Shown piece after piece: positions 26,901 through 36,126 of a DNA stretch of 64,000 bases. The stretch's first letter is position 1, and each line of letters starts with the position of its first letter. The position numbers were made by a program, and so were the translations under genes. Source of the stretch: Neodothiora populina (lineage: Eukaryota); the NCBI RefSeq assembly GCF_041146345.1, contig NW_027191411.1, positions 806,001-870,000 of the forward strand, written 5' to 3'. A model generated the notes under the pieces. The model worked only from the letters and a program-made list of their open reading frames with translations, made no database searches and was not told where the DNA came from.

Positions 26901-27779
26901 GGGACACCAAGACCTACACAACTACCTATTCACGCGTCGATATTCAACTCTGAGAAAGACGACCAGACCACACCAGGCACAGTCCTTGCAGCCACGTTTT
27001 CTAAACCACTGAAGAAACAAATCAATGGCTTGATCAAGCGTCAAAGAACAGAAGCACTGCACGCAGACTTGATCTCGGACTGGACGTTTCCCCAGCTACC
27101 TGGTTCGCACCTGTCTCTGCAGAATCCAGTCTTGCAACTCGTCAAAAGCATCACCCAGATCCTCTCACTAGACAAGACAATAACGCTAGAAGCACGTCTT
27201 CTACGCAAGGAACTACTGTCACAGTTCGAGATTCGCGAGTTTAGCTCGGCAGGTGCATTCGCGAACCCGAGCACGAGTCTTGTCATCAGACAACTGAGTT
27301 GTCCGGAGTGTTGTCTGCCACGGGACATTGATCTCTGTCGAGACAGCGACGTCATACCCTCCTCAGACACACTATCAGCAGCCACCGCGGCCGCAATAGC
27401 AGTGAACGGCGCCGCACCATCATCCGCCAGACCGTCAACAGCACCACTGGTAGTCCGCTGTCAAAACTGCACCACTCAATTCGACCCCCTGAGCATCGAA
27501 GAGCACTTGCTTTCGTCGGTCCAGAGGTTGATCCTGCAATGGCAGACTCAAGACCTCAAGTGTTTGAGGTGTGGCTCTATCCGAGCCAATGACTTCATGG
27601 AGCATTGTTCGTGCGCGGGCGAGTGGACTGGCGTCGTAGGCGGTGGTAATGCCGGCGAGGATGGTGCAAAGAGTGGTGGCAAGGAAGAGGTTCTGGGCAG
27701 GTTGAAGGTATTTGGCTCTGTGGCCCGGTATTATGGGTTCAAGATGCTGGGCGATGTGGTCGGGGGGATTCTGGTTTGA
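20982..27779 (+). CDS. POL2: DNA polymerase epsilon catalytic subunit A, 2265 aa, intronless
   Basis: ExoI DIETTK, ExoII NGDFFDWPF, polymerase motifs HLDVASMYPN, KVILNSFYGY and ELDTDG, and C-terminal CysA/CysB metal-binding motifs. Confidence 0.98.
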   Translation: MAGAPKPGQFRRAGKNGQTSYGGPRKPKTVDASSLRASEQSSLNEKLEATRLAHRIDETMGFERFEAGKKREGWLVNMHSTSIEDSKIPGGRAGVDYYFLHDDGSTFKATVEYDPYFLIACKRGKEQEVEEWCRRSFEGLVKTVKRIDKEDLSMPNHLLGYRRNFLALYFANVNDLLAVRRGIAPIAEKNKSKMNAMDTYAEVASANAGIDMFDDDMENEKRPNSVLDASDYIVDVREYDVPYHVRVAIDMDIRVGKWYVVEAKHGHITLTCNEERLQRADPIVLAYDIETTKLPLKFPDAAIDQIMMISYMIDGQGFLITNREIVSEDISDFDYTPKPEYEGPFLIFNEPDERAVIERFFDCIKQARPTIIVTYNGDFFDWPFVEARASIHGIDMYQEIGFRKNSEDIYQSNYCAHMDAFAWVSRDSYLPQGSRGLKAVTVAKLGYDPDELDPELMTPYAAEKPQILAEYSVSDAVATYYLYMKYVHPFIFSLCTIIPLGPDDVLRKGTGTLCEMLLMVQAYQKEIVLPNKHQAPREAFWEGHLLESETYVGGHVESIEAGVFRSDIPCNFAIDPTAIDELLEDLDAALKFSIVVEEKKSMDDIANYDEVKAQIVEKLLQLKNIPNRNERPSIYHLDVASMYPNIMTTNRLQPDSMIQESDCAACDFNRPGKTCDRRMPWAWRGEFLPAKRDEYNMIRHSLENEKFPGKYKSTLTRTFQDLSLDEQAGFVKKRLQDYSKKIYHKIHDAKTIEREAIICQRENPFYVDTVKDFRDRRYDFKGKQKVWKGKTDELKKSGASAVEVEEAKKMIILFDSLQLAHKVILNSFYGYVMRKGSRWYSMEMAGVTCLTGARIIQMARQLVERIGRPLELDTDGIWCILPATFPENFAFKMKNGKKVTISYPCVMLNHLVHAKFTNHQYQTLVDPGTFKYESHSDNTIFFEVDGPYKAMILPTSKEEDKNLKKRYAVFNHDGSLAELKGFEVKRRGELKLIKIFQTQIFKFFLEGTTLEETYGAVAKVANRWLDVLHSHGSTLADEELIDLICENKSMTKTLEEYGAQKSTAITTAKRLAEFLGEQMIKDKGLNCKYIISSRPKNSPVTERAIPVAIFSSEESVKRHFLRKWMKEDPEDMDPRTIIDWDYYLERLGSVIQKLITIPAALQKVRDNPVPRVAHPEWLNRRIRIKDDVFKQKKMTDLFVKKPLAEAELNTLDSRLGGDLEDFGSQSLTKFNRKAIATKVPASQKRKAAEASAPAPVNPFDSLPPNMPSITEDYEGWLQYQKKKWKIQKQARIRRRQLFGERRVDNTDAIGNMFRIQSELAYTSTWQVLQLCEGESPGEVKAFVLIDKKVHQLKVIVPRQVFLNLKGDELPNVSVDGVSVEKVTNHTLPNGHPSVHLFKLSMQESVFIHEADKLSELFSHPSVEGVYESQVPLDVRALLTLGSTCTFDESQRGVLGKGITHGFDLSALHHVASKQPYLTQSPLTYLYLYHVIAGERQVFALFSTTRKEAYIVVLNKSRADQGMPNVDKIYHDMLAKRLEEAGGDQWQDNFDYQDNIHFKTVQVTTKKRALQEVSDVLKKVQKEESGPLMVVVQSQQPRLLRHDLPALQSLPTLPLKSDEDDKQLPPLGWQSFVAKRLVGHYLDLGSWISHLVELSRYGNIPLCNLEKDDPRFLIDIEYARRLQKEKVVLWWSANPRPDHAGYEKDDILGAMETVDMPSVNTPGTYSSVCIDLSVKNLSINTILCSAILNDAEGSDSMGLSVPDPGEESVAELSHAQNENSFAAAGIIALREMVKAWWEEACRGGGMADVMVQHLVRWIESPGSYLYDKSLHYYVQMMSRKALQQLMSEFRRVGSHVVFASANRLLLQTTKAEVGNAYAYSQYILKTVNAKPSFNFLDLAITEYWDYLVWYDEFNYGGKGCTEVVEADNQTLNTIMEWQIGTFLPPILQPVFNDWIVEYIELMHNRKRPSNGLPNGTPRPTQLPIHASIFNSEKDDQTTPGTVLAATFSKPLKKQINGLIKRQRTEALHADLISDWTFPQLPGSHLSLQNPVLQLVKSITQILSLDKTITLEARLLRKELLSQFEIREFSSAGAFANPSTSLVIRQLSCPECCLPRDIDLCRDSDVIPSSDTLSAATAAAIAVNGAAPSSARPSTAPLVVRCQNCTTQFDPLSIEEHLLSSVQRLILQWQTQDLKCLRCGSIRANDFMEHCSCAGEWTGVVGGGNAGEDGAKSGGKEEVLGRLKVFGSVARYYGFKMLGDVVGGILV

Positions 27780-27972
27780 GGGTCTTTTTCCTCGTGGATG
27801 CCGATACCTTAGCCTACACGGGGTCAGTGAGCCCGGGAAAAGAGGGCAGGTGCGTTTCATGATTCAGCTCGTATGTACGGAGTATACATGTTGTGTTCTG
27901 GTACTTTTAGCTAGGCGTTATAGCGTTCAATGTCTCTTTATTTTGCTTTGATTGACTCTCGATGATCCATTC

Positions 27973-28093
27973 GAAGACGTGCATCTACTATATTCTCGAA
28001 GACATATACTTCCACTACTCTTTGAGAGACATTCTTCCACTGCTCTCTAGAAGACATTCTTCCCCTGCTCATCGTAAGACTTCCTTTCCCCAC
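27973..28093. repeat. Degenerate ~25-bp tandem repeat, ~5 units (consensus approximately GAAGACATTCTTCCACTGCTCTCTA)
   Basis: gaagacatatacttccactactct / gagagacattcttccactgctctcta / gaagacattcttcccctgctc, with weaker flanking units. Confidence 0.75.
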
Positions 28094-29049
28094 CTAAAGA
28101 CATGCACACGCCTTCTCTAGCGAACGTGGATAACCACGCCGTGCCACATCTCCTGCCTTCGTCAGTCTTTTCCCAACCTTACGGAAAGACACACCGAACC
28201 AAGCTCCAGATAGTCCATATACGCACGCACTTGTTTCCTGGTGTACCGTATACAGTACACGAAACCGTGGCTTCGGGGACTCGGTCCCTTGTGATATTTC
28301 TGCTCGAGGAACAGGATCTCCGGTCGAGGATGCTGGCGAGGCCGAAGGGGCGAGACATCGGCGTAAGTGAAGCGGATTAACTCGGGATGGTTTGTGTATG
28401 ATAATCACGAAGAGTAGTGGGTATCAAGCCTCCTCGGACAATTTGGAAATATACAGATCTAGATAGCGTCGGCGACGCTATAGATACTTCTTTCACATAT
28501 CAGGGGAACGTGATACGATAGAGACGCTCACATGAAGTACGAAATAGGCGTGATGACAGAAAGTGAAGATAGGGAGAGGGAGAGGAGTAGGAGGAGGAGG
28601 AGGAGGAGCAGGAGGAGCAGGATGGGAGGGACAGGGTCCCCCCCTCGATAACGCTAGCGTTGCACTCTGGTGAAATCTGCAAACAACTCCCACGGCCGAC
28701 TCCAATTACGATGGATATAGTTGTTCTTGTCCGGGGTAAACTTCTATTTGCTCTAATCTTCTACGCAGTGCAGACCACAGATGTCTAGGAAAAACAACTA
28801 AGCGAAGGGGGTGCCGAAGGATAATATCAACGGCCGTACTGTACACAGACGACACGCCTTCTCGCGTTCTACACCGACCACCGCTGACCTCTTCCTTTGG
28901 ATCCCTTATTGTCAAGTCTAAGAGTGCCACGCTATCGCCCTTTTTGTGTGGATTATTCACATGGATCACGACAATCATTAAGCTGCGATAGATAGGCAGG
29001 ACTCAACAAGTCCGTCTGCGAATAAGTGTCTACAGGCACAGTGTTTGGA

Positions 29050-29567
29050 GTGCTTACGGTCCTTACGAGTAATGAGATGTGCTTACGAGTAATGAGATGT
29101 GCTTACGAGTAATAAGATGTGCTTGCAATGAACAGGATATGCTTACAGGCAATGAGACGTATGTTCAGTGCTTACGGTGCTTATGCGTCGAGGTGTAGAG
29201 ACTGTGCTTACGGTCCTCGCAAGTAATGATATGTGCTTACAAGTAACGAGATGTGCTTATAATGCCTACGGTGCTTACGATGCTTACAGTGCTTACGATG
29301 CTTACGGTGCTAACGGTGCTAACGATGCTTACAAGCGCTGAGTTGTAGAGACTGTGCTTACAGTGCTTACAAGTAATGAGATGTGCTTCCGAGCAACAGG
29401 ACGTGCTTACAAGCGACGAGATATGCTTACAGTGCTTGTGGCGCTTACGATCTTTACAAGTAATGAGATGTGCTTACAAGCAATAAGATGTGCTTACAGT
29501 GCTTATAGTGCTTATAAGTAACGAGATGTACTTACAAGAAATGAGATATGCTTCTAGTAGTGCTTCC
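29050..29567. repeat. Compound minisatellite of 20-bp (GTGCTTACRAGTAATGAGAT) and 9-bp (RTGCTTACR) units
   Basis: More than 20 exact TGCTTA cores plus about a dozen degenerate ones in ~520 bp. No ORF in the track. Confidence 0.95.
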
Positions 29568-30613
29568 GCCGACTACAACTAAGACAAGCACACATTCGAA
29601 TCCAACGACAGTGCGTTCGACTTGATTTATGTGACTGACTGGCTGGCCACAAAACATAGAGGATAGTTTACCTGCTATTATACGAATACAGTAAAGTCTG
29701 CTCATGGCATTAAGTAGTCAGTCGTGTAGCATGGAGGCATAGCCAGCTACACTACCTGTGCGCGCATATTTCTGTATTGAAAGACAACAACAATGATATA
29801 TCGACTAGAAAAAATGCAAAAAGGCACGTTATACAAGGCAGTATTTACTAAAAGCAAATTGACAGTAAAATAAAACTCAACAAAGAATTCATGAACATCT
29901 TTCTCCTCATTTTGATATTCTTGTACTTCAAATTTACCGCTAAACAGTTGTCCTTAATTATACATAATTTCTCTCCCTCCACGAGATTGTTACCTATTGA
30001 GCAGTCTTATGTCGCATTTTGAAAAGTAAACTAACCAGCTCAGTGATCTTGGTCCATAATAGAACCTGCGAATAGCGGGTTATAGTCTGTAATGTTTCTG
30101 ACTCGCTTGAAGAGCTTGTAAAGCACAAGACAAAGAGAGACGACCTCTATGAATAGAAAACACAATAATTATACAGAGACAAAGAATAGCGGAAGGAAAA
30201 CAACCCAGCATTCAGAGCATGGCATAACATAAGAGACAACGCATCGGCGCTTTTAACTATGGCATTCATCTCAATCTGCCGTCGCTAATCTTTCTTCCTT
30301 CATGGCTATTGAGGTAGAATCGGAGCTGTAAGTGGAAAGAGCAAAAACAAAGCAAAACAATAAACAATATGCGGTACTGTGCTCTCTTTAATAGAAACTC
30401 CAGAAAAAGACTCCTCGAGCGCCGTGCTTCCAGATCTGTCACAAAGATCCCAATGAAAAAAGCCATATGCAATAGAAAAGCAATACGAGCGCTTGTGGTG
30501 ACATGACAAGAAAAAATATGCTGCTGCTTGTACACGGAGAGGAAAGAAGCATTATTCCCTCTCGAATCTCTTCGTCCCAGTGTTTGTAGCTGGGTGTCCA
30601 TCTCTTATGCTCC

Positions 30614-31819
30614 TTATCGTCCAATGTTTGCAAACATATCTTCTGCTCCCAGGTAGCCTCCATCCAGTCTACCTCCTGCGAGAGTGTCGATTTCGGGGAG
30701 TAGTGTTGGTTTTGAAGAGTGCGACGTTCGTGGAGGTTCCTGAATGCTAGGAATATCGAAGGTCTGAGAGGTCTGAGATGGCTGAGAGGTGTGGGGACGT
30801 AGACGGGGCGGCTGATTTTGGTTCTGGCTTGAACTTCCCTGAGTCGAGCTTTGACTAAGAGAAGAAAATAGCGCAGGTGGTGATGACGCTTGACGTTGAG
30901 ATTCGTCCTTTGGCTGGCTCTGGGGTGGACTCTGGGGCAGGGTTTGATGCTGAAGACTGCTGGGCTGATGGACCTGCCCCTGACCGAGACTGCTGCTCCG
31001 GGCTTGGTGATCGTCGCTTGCTAGGAAGTTGCGTGACAGGCGACGAGCCTTGGAGACATGAGGACTTGAAGGAGTATGGGAGAGCTGAGGTCTTGAGGAA
31101 GCAGCAGGCGTGGTGGCTTCATTGACTGACGACAGACTCCCGGCCCTCTTGCCCTCTGTAGAGGCAGAGGGGGAGCGCGATTCACGACTGCTCAGGCCGT
31201 GTTGTGAACTGTTATCCTGGCCGGAAAAGAGGATTTGACTGGTGCGTCTGAACCATCCAGTGCTTTTCTTTTTACGCAGGGGCGACCTGGGCAGGGACTG
31301 CTTGTCATCACTGGAAGTCGAAGGCATCGAGGTCGAGGCAGCACGTTTGGTGCCTTGTGGTAGACCAAAGGAAGACAGTCGGGACGAAGGACGTTCCTGG
31401 TTGGAGGAGGTGCAAGCTGTGGTGAAGCCGAGGCCTTGGCTTTGCTGATCGCTTTCACCTTCACTTTGATGTTGATTGTGATTATGATTAGGCGAGAACA
31501 CAGACGATGGATCAGAAAGCGAAGTGTTCGAGCCACCTATGAAGCTATTGCGTAAGCCCGAAAGGGACAGTAATTTACGCACAGTCTTGCTGCCACGGCG
31601 CTGCTGATTATTGTTTGCCGAAGCCGGGGTCATCGGAGTGCGGAAGCTGTCGTGGCGTGATGGTTCCGCCTCTGCTGAAACACTCGGTGATGCAGACGAT
31701 CTGGGGGATTCTGTGAGATTGAGTGATTGGGTGTTGCGTCGCTCTATTCTGTCTGTATTTGTCGTGTTTGACAAAACCTGAGCCTGCAGGTCTGTCGTTG
31801 ATACCCATGCACCAGGCAT
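30614..31819 (-). CDS. Hypothetical Ser/Gln-rich disordered protein, 401 aa
   Basis: Long ATG-initiated ORF with short islands that look conserved (VRKLLSLSGLRNSF, LRKKKSTGWFRR, LPEI..GGYLGAEDMFANI). Confidence 0.75.
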   Translation of the reverse strand: MPGAWVSTTDLQAQVLSNTTNTDRIERRNTQSLNLTESPRSSASPSVSAEAEPSRHDSFRTPMTPASANNNQQRRGSKTVRKLLSLSGLRNSFIGGSNTSLSDPSSVFSPNHNHNQHQSEGESDQQSQGLGFTTACTSSNQERPSSRLSSFGLPQGTKRAASTSMPSTSSDDKQSLPRSPLRKKKSTGWFRRTSQILFSGQDNSSQHGLSSRESRSPSASTEGKRAGSLSSVNEATTPAASSRPQLSHTPSSPHVSKARRLSRNFLASDDHQARSSSLGQGQVHQPSSLQHQTLPQSPPQSQPKDESQRQASSPPALFSSLSQSSTQGSSSQNQNQPPRLRPHTSQPSQTSQTFDIPSIQEPPRTSHSSKPTLLPEIDTLAGGRLDGGYLGAEDMFANIGR

Positions 31820-33932
31820 GTCTATGGGCGTTGTAGGGTGTGATGAAAGCGGGCCTCCACCATGTGTTCTGCAGCAAGAGAAAAGAGAAATGATGAGTGC
31901 AATTTTCAGGAGTTTTCATGTCAGAAACACCACTTACGGTGGTCGAACGATGCACGACATGGTAGATGCAGAAAGAGAAGGAGACAGAGGCGGTGTTGGC
32001 ACACCATTCAGTCCCAAGTTGGTCGTCACTACTGGAGAAAGAGAGTAGAGCCTGCTCTGCCTTCTGTTGTCCTCCATGCTTCCTTCCATCATAGTCGTGG
32101 TCCGTTCTACAATGCTCCCGAGTGATCCTCCACGACTTTCGAGAAAACTTCTCCGTTGAGATTGTTGTATAGGAAAGCGCACAAGAAACACGAGGGAAAC
32201 AGTCGACTTCGCTCAACGGTAGCATGCACAACAGGTATCAGGGGCAGTCGGTGGCGTGTGCATAGTGGAGAAGCGAACACCTAGGGCCTCTCGAAATGTG
32301 GATATTTAAAGTGAACCTGGGGTGAACTGCAGAAGCAAGGTACAGAGAGATAAGCTGAGGTACTTGTAGTAGCACAGACGTGCATGTCTCAGCATGTCGA
32401 GCTCTCGTGGCTTGTTTCGAGCATTCTCATTGACGCAATAATATAACGATATGCTTCCTGTCTCGCTACCAAATATATGCCCTGTCGAAGCTGCTTTTTC
32501 ACCACGTTGAGCAGTATGTCATTGTCTCTAATTCGTACTGGCTTGCGTGCCGCAAGCTACAGTAGCCAGGGTCCAATAAACACTCACTACTTCAGTAGCC
32601 GAAGGCAAAATCACAAAGACCCCCCACAAAGGTACTGTATACGCGGTCCGAGGGGAGCTGTACCACCGATGCGTAGCTATCCTCAGGAGGTTATGTTTTT
32701 TTATTAGTCACGATACGATAGAACTACAGGACTGTTGTATTCAGCTGTGTAGAAGAACACGAATTGTTCTGTGGATCTTGAGACTTATTTCATTAAAACG
32801 TTGGTGCTATCCTTTTTTTCTTCCCATCTGTCTTTTTGTGCCGTCTTGTCACGAGCGAACAAGGCGATTTAAGGCCACAATGAACATAAACACATCAACA
32901 ATAACAACAGCAACAGGGTTGATCGTGGTTATCCTTTGCTTTGACGAGCTGAATGCGGCACAGCTGCTACTCACAGTTCGACCGAGGTCAGGTACCTGGT
33001 CATGTTTAACTCAGCCGCACTGCTCCACTTAATCACAAACATGCTTTTCTTTGAAAGCCCGTGGTTGCAGTACTAGCTAGTACTTCAAGTACTATGAGAT
33101 GAAGAAGAACGTCCCGCTGACTCGGCCTTTGGGAGATGCAGTGCTAGCACTTGTGAACAAGATCAGATACTTACTGTACATGTAGGTGAAGCACTGCGAA
33201 GCGAAACCTTGGTCACAGAGCTGGAGGAATTCATGTTACTAATATGCGAATGGGCAATTCGACCATCTGCCCTATAGCTCTGGGGCTAAGATGGCGAATC
33301 ACCACATTGCACTATACAATCCCTCGACGGCGCACCCCTATATATGGCTTCTTTAATCAAAACCTGGGCCTCGAACAGTTTTTCGCGAGCTTCTTACGCT
33401 CCGGCACCACAGCACGTACGGCGATACCTCGTGATCTCCCTGCGATGGCACTATGCATTATTTGGACTCCACAGCATTGCAATCGGATCACCTCTCCGTC
33501 ACTCGAGAAGCAGCCAGATTAAGCTTTTCGAAGAACCGTTGTGGAGATGCTGGACTGGTTGTATTTGATACGTCTGCGGGTAGCACGGCATGAACCGCCT
33601 TAGTAGCCACTAGATCTACAGAAGATTGAGTGCAATGGACACTACAAGCACACACAAGTATCGTACCATAGTGTACTGTACGTTTGACTTGTCGGCACTT
33701 CGCGACTTCATATTGCCCGAGGTCTTGGTCGCTTTTGTAATCCTTCCTCTTCAGCAGTACGCTTCATATTTCTTGCTCGTGACTCACTCTGTACATACCC
33801 AGTCTCACGTCGTTATCGTCCTTGGGACCAAGCTGTTATTGTGCTACTTGAGCTCTTCTCAGTCTGTGGTATCCACCACGCGCTTGGCACCCAAGATCCC
33901 TGTCTGAGGAGGACATCAAACTCGAAAAAATA

Positions 33933-35431
33933 ATGACGTCCCAAATCGCAAGTTCTCTCGAGGAACGCGATCAATCGTCGACATCTACTCACGACATCGA
34001 AAAGGAATCGTCTGTCGATGAGCCGCATCATGCCTTGCCAAAGCAATTCGACGAAGAGAGGGCAAATGGCCATATCGATGGTGGCGTAGTCGAGAAGAAA
34101 ATCAGCGTCAATAACATCAGCGCTATTCCGAACGGCGGACTCAAGGCATGGCTGCAAGTTCTCGGAGCTTTTTTCTTGTTCTTCAATTCTTGGGTATGTC
34201 GCATCTGTACCGTAGCCAGGCTCATGACTGAGTTAACAATCATCAAAGGGCATCATCAATACCTTTGGAGTTTATCAAACATATTATGAATCTGGCATCC
34301 TGGCATCATCTTCCGCATCGGACATTTCTTGGATTGGGAGTATACAAGCATTCTTACTCATGTTAGTGGGGGCGCTCACTGGACCAATTTACGATGCGGG
34401 ATATTTTCGAGGGCTCTTGCTTACTGGATCTTTCTTGGTTACCTTTGGACAAATGATGCTTTCATTGTGTGGTGAATACTACCAAGTCCTGTTGGCACAG
34501 GCTATCTGCATTGGACTAGGTTGTGGCTGCCTTTTTGTGCCCTCCGTGGCCATCTTGTCCACCTACTTCAGCACCAGAATCGCGTTTGCCATGGGACTCG
34601 CCGCTGCTGGAAGCTCACTCGGTGGTGTAATCTATCCGATCATCTTTTTTCGTCTACAACCAAGAATCGGATTCCCTTGGGCTACTAGAGTCATCGGCTT
34701 CATCATGCTCGCGACCCTTGTGATATCGAACGTGGTCATGAAAGTCCGCGTTCTCCCAGCTGGTAACTCACAACTCACAGGCGATCATTTACGAATAAGC
34801 AGCTAATATGTTTCGCTCAGGACGTCGCAAAATGGTTGATCTTCAAGCCTTCAAAGAGCCTCAATACACATTATTCGTAGCAGGAGGATTCATCACATTC
34901 ATGGGTCTATATGCGCCCTTCTTCTACGTTCAGTCTTACGCCATTTACTACAGCATCACCAATACTAACCTCGCCTTCTATCTCCTGGCAATCATCAACT
35001 CTGCGTCCGTCTTCGGCCGAATCATTCCTAACCGTATCGCCGATCGTACGGGACCTTTCAATATGATCATCCCTTGCTGTCTCATATCTGGTATCCTCGG
35101 TCTTTGCCTCATCCCGGTTCGCCACGTTGCGGGTCTGATAGTCGTCTGTCTCCTCTACGGCTTCTTCAGTGGCGCCCTGGTCTCTTTACCACCAACTGTG
35201 TTCGTGCACCTATCACCGAATCGCGGTATGATTGGTACACGAATGGGAATGGGCTTCTCCATCATTTCTATTGGACTCTTACTGGGCACGCCTATCTGTG
35301 GATGGATTCTCGAAGCGTCGAGTTTCACCTATGTCTGGGTGTTTGGAGGCGTTTGCGTGATCATAGGAAGTTTCTTGATGGGTTGCTCGAGAGTGGCTAA
35401 GGCTGGACCGGGGCTTCTCACCAAAGTATGA
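33933..35431 (+). CDS. MFS transporter, monocarboxylate porter (Mch/MCT-like) family. Exons 33933-34193, 34249-34762, 34821-35431
   Basis: PNGGLKAWLQV..FNSWGIINTFGVYQTYY, SWIGSIQ, AMGLAAAGSSLGGVIYP and GTRMGM. About 12 hydrophobic segments; introns preserve frame. Confidence 0.9.
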
Positions 35432-36126
35432 GATGGGCATTGCGTTTACGTATGCTATTTACATGCGGAGGTTATGTACAGTAGCATATAGCGTTGCCAT
35501 TCACGAAAATCATGTCACACAATTTAATACCGTCTACCAATTCATGAAGTTGTGTCAAAATCGTGCTGGTACACTGCGAAGCTACTATGCTTGGAATATC
35601 ATCAAAACGCCTGATCGGCGACACAGAGACACATCCAAGTTCATTGACCCCGAAGCGGGAGGTCTTGGTACAGTAAGGCGGAGATAACGGAGCTCCGCAG
35701 CGAGCTCCATCACGCGGAAGCGGGAATAACGTAAAAGGCATCTCATCTGACGTGCGAGTGGAAACGCGCTAACCAAGATACATTTACCTTACCTAGTCAC
35801 TGTACCTTATCTCAAGTCATGTTTTTGCGGAGGTGGAGCCGAAGTAGACAAAGCCGATCTTCCTTTACACGGCTCTTGCTGGCGGCTATGTTCTCGCGAT
35901 ATGCAGATGTTGAACCCAATATGCTAGGTCGATTTTCTAATCATGTAGCCTCACGGGTAAGTCTCCAATCGAACTCCGGGTAAGTCACCTTCATCTTCGA
36001 CTATACCATCTCCTTGGCCTTCTGCTTGTTATGTTTCTCCATACTATACGGAAGTTTTGATGCTGTGACAACTGTGTATCTTGTACCTATCGGATCCACT
36101 TATAAGGTTTTCCTTGACTCGGGACT

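Noticed and set aside
20982..27779. Intein or viral/Polinton-type PolB
   Set aside because: The length and motifs match cellular Pol epsilon throughout, with no intein or homing-endonuclease block.
21039..27860. Numerous antisense ORFs inside POL2 (likewise in COG3, RSC1 and MSS4)
   Set aside because: These are expected shadows of GC3-biased coding sequence and contain no domains.
29255..29341. Repetitive peptide AYNAYGAYDAYSAYDAYGANGANDAYKR* read from the 9-bp units (RiPP/KEP-like precursor?)
   Set aside because: There is no start codon or signal peptide in frame, and the flanking 20-bp units shift frame and contain stops.
29050..29567. CRISPR array
   Set aside because: The intervening sequences are themselves repeated rather than unique spacers, the units are only 9-20 bp, there are no cas genes and the context is eukaryotic.
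29593..29625. TTCGAATCC and GTTCGAC, resembling a tRNA T-loop/B-box
   Set aside because: No cloverleaf, acceptor stem or A-box could be built.
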